64,000 bases of DNA. Origin: Macrostomum hystrix. Lineage: Eukaryota > Animalia > Platyhelminthes. The translations under genes and the position numbers were made by a program. Positions within the stretch are counted from its first letter, which is position 1. Each line of letters opens with the position of its first letter. Location of the stretch: assembly GCA_950097015.1 (NCBI GenBank), contig CATNEN010000007.1:11098001-11162000 (forward strand). The letters run 5' to 3'. Shown in pieces: positions 60,644-64,000 of the stretch. The notes under the pieces were generated by a model that was given only the letters and a program-made list of their open reading frames with translations, had not been told where the DNA came from and made no database searches.

Positions 60644-60994
60644 GCTAGAAGAGACCTGTTTTTTAATCTCATATTCATAGACATAAGTACTTTAATTTAG
60701 TTTTCACATCTGGCCAACAAATCTGTCCTAGTTTATAGTTCATAATCCTTTGACTTTTTCCTGAACAAAAGTGGTTCTTAATAATTTTGTTTTATCTTAG
60801 ACTGTTCAGAAATAAAAGAAAAATGTCTACAAATGTAAACATCCTGTATACAGTTGATTAACACACAATGTTAATGCCAACTGACATGTCAATTGACCAA
60901 TACTAAATAGCCTGAGTCTAATCTCTATTTGGTTTAATAAATATAAAATATCAATAAGCCTTATTGAAATAAATAGAAAAAAGGTATTTAATTG

Positions 60995-61349
60995 TCTATC
61001 TTTCTTTTTTTAATATACTAAAAATGAAAATCATGCTTGCTTGCTTGCTTGCTTGCTTGCAATTGACTAGCTCCCAAACGGCTCAACTGATTTTCACAAT
61101 TCCTTCACCAAAAGATTACAAATGGTCCCGAATCGGTACACATTTTTTTTCTAAGCTTAATTTCATTGCTAAAGGGATTAAATATTCGAAAAAACTGTTT
61201 TAAATAGGCTTTTCTAATGCATTCTTGTTTTCAGCTTGTGCACAGTGAGGCTCCTGTGCCAATTTTAATGATTGCATCAGAGCCAGTTTTGATAACGCAC
61301 TGATAAGAACTCATAGGAGGCTACCCAGAGGGTAGCAAAGGGCAGCTAG
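60995..61349 (+). mobile_element. Probable non-autonomous Helitron (HINE-like)
   Basis: 5' TCTATC...AATATACTAAAAATGAAAA, (GCTT)n microsatellite, AAACGGCTCAACTGATTTT motif, and 3' CAGCTAG|T end, as seen in invertebrate non-autonomous Helitrons. Confidence 0.55.
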
Positions 61350-62554
61350 TTATATATTCTATTTTTCAGGTGTCCTATCACTATGGAGTTATCATCAGCA
61401 ATATTGTGGCATAGTGCAATGTAGCCATGGTATTAAATGACCTTTTAGGCTTAACACCAATTTTAAACAAATTCTGTGTTCTGTTGTATTTTTTAGCTCC
61501 AATTTTAGACCCTCTGTTGTATGTCTGCAGGTTTTCTATACTTTTTCCAATATGTCAATGAGCTTAAACATATAATTGCCAAAAAGCTTGATTATGTAAC
61601 ATTGTACCAATGGTGTAAAAAGCTATTGAAATCTTGATTGAGTTCATTCATATATCTTTAAGTAAACCAGCAACAATCTGTTGCTGCTATATTAGAACTC
61701 TTTTTCTACATTCTCTTCACATTATTTTAGATTTATCAAAATAATCATATTAAAGTAAGAAAGAGTTATTGTATTTCATATATATTCTTTTTATGAGTTT
61801 AGTTTAGTTTTTTAACTAATTTACATTAGTTTTTGTGAAGAAAAATGTGTCAATTTTTTATTACATTAACTTGCTTTTAAATTTTATATAAAGGAGCAAT
61901 ATAATTAAAACAGAATATATAGTATACAATAAATGAAATGATAGTGTTATAATAGTTGGCATTGTAGGCAGAAGCCAATAGAGACAAACTAATTCTAAAT
62001 ATAGTTAGGTAATACCATGATATGCCAAAGGAAATACTATATCTAAAATTTAAAGCATAGTAACCCGCATGTATATAGCTAGTCATGATATGTTTGTCTT
62101 AAAGTGAAGGTGGTTTGTCTTTGAAGAAGTTTAAGGGAAAATAATTTATTCGACTTTGACAATATGATTATATTATTGAACTTATATGACATAGTGATAA
62201 GTAGATAAAATACAAAGCTGAATTTCATTTATTTTCATTATTAATGGAGTGTATAGACTGTACATTTAACTTGTAGCTTTTTGTTAAATGTACTGAGATG
62301 TGAACTACATAGGCAGACAACCTTCAGGAATGTTTGAAAATAGTAATTATGTTTTTTTACTCAGTAATTATGTCTGTATTTTCAGATTTTCTGAATAAAT
62401 CAGGAGTTGCTTGTCATATCTTGTGATGACCTGCGATTAACCATAGTCAATACTTTCGTTCGAGCAAAAAATTTGGAATAGTACAGTTGTAAGAACACAC
62501 AATGTATCTAAAGTACACAATTCCAACTGTCTTGCAGTCAATCGCCTGACAGCA

Positions 62555-62737
62555 ATGGCTCGTTCCCGCCAGACTGCACGCAAAGGCAAAGCCAAGAAGG
62601 GCGGCAAAAAGGGCGCCACCAAGAAGGCCTCGCCAGCCAAGAATGCGAAGGCCACGAAGGCCGCGGCTAAGCAGGCCAAGGGAGCCGCCAAGCAGGCCGT
62701 TGCTGACACCGGAGCCCAGGCCGCCGAGAGCAAGTGA
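62555..62737 (+). CDS. 60-aa basic microprotein: histone H3 N-tail mimic (ARSRQTARK) fused to an H1-like K/A-rich tail
   Basis: GC3-rich ORF (AAG/GCC codons) in AT-rich flanks. Upstream acceptor CTTGCAG at 62531-62537. Start context GCAATGGC is identical to that of the neighbouring H3 gene. Confidence 0.7.
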   Translation: MARSRQTARKGKAKKGGKKGATKKASPAKNAKATKAAAKQAKGAAKQAVADTGAQAAESK

Positions 62738-63505
62738 CGCATTGGTGTGACCGATACGCTCAGACCGATCTCGCTGACTGTTCGCTGTTGTGCTTGCGTC
62801 CCCGACTGCACTTAGCCATACCGTCCTGTACTGGGCGCTTTTTATTAAGTATTCTAGCTCTTATCAAATTCTCTGCAACGAGAAATTCTTTAACGCAGAA
62901 CCTGATCAACCGTCTAATGCAGCTGCTGACTGTGGAATGCAAGTCTTTGTTTTGTTTAGACCCCGAATTCGCAGCTTTTTTATCCACATCTTTATCCACT
63001 GTTTATCTCGAGCAGCTAATAGTTTGCTGACTGTAGCCATCAGCAGAGAGTACTGTCTCGCACGTCTCATAAACTCTAAATGTCTAGTCTGTCCGTCATT
63101 TTATAAAAATCCCTCATGTAGCCATCTTTTCTCAAAACATACCCGCCGACCCGCTGTACTGCGGGTGAAATCATTCATGTTTTTCTGCAAAAATCTGTCC
63201 CACCGCCCTCATTAGCTCTTGTGAAAAATACATTTATTCTACTCTTTGAAATAGGATTCCCCAAATAAAGTTTCATCTTAACTGTTCTTTTTTTGCTGAT
63301 AAACAGTGAGTCACATCCTATAGGCCGGGTTAGTTTTGAAATGTTCTTGGATTAGCTGGGCATGACGGGAAGGCTTAACCGCCTCTTAGAAAGTCTCGCC
63401 TGAAGTCCGTGGCAATAGTAACAGAACAGAATGGCAGATTTCGTGGCTGGGAAGTAAAGGCCACATAAGAGACTTATTTTTAGCTTTAGTTTAGCTTTTG
63501 TCTGA

Positions 63506-63964
<459 letters not shown>

Positions 63965-64000
63965 GTGTTTTTTAAGCGATAGCCGAGTGACTGCCCGGCT

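Overview
Eukaryotic (animal) genomic DNA: GC-rich, intron-containing genes set in AT-rich spacers. Most longer introns and many intergenic gaps are filled by a different 14-64 bp minisatellite. That architecture and the gene content suggest a free-living flatworm such as Macrostomum, which is an inference only. Genes reconstructed by hand from GT-AG junctions, left to right: the 3' end of a C3G/RAPGEF1-like RasGEF (+); a co-oriented minus-strand cluster of RNF5/RNF185-like RING ligase, DCAF7/WDR68, maspardin/SPG21 and a CAML/Get2-like gene; two tandem secreted S1 serine proteases resembling schistosome cercarial elastase (+); a 3-KH PCBP/mub-like gene with micro-exons (-); a SEPT6-group septin (+) with a dead DD34D mariner in an intron; a 60-aa basic microprotein that starts with a histone H3 N-tail mimic; and an H3.3-type histone. 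Non-autonomous elements include two with exact 8-bp TSDs (one carrying a minisatellite), a tRNA-derived SINE and a probable Helitron. Most long ORFs in the supplied track are tandem-repeat artefacts. The best candidates for novelty are the H3-tail/H1-like microprotein next to H3.3, the cercarial-elastase-like protease pair, and a possible trans-spliced operon.
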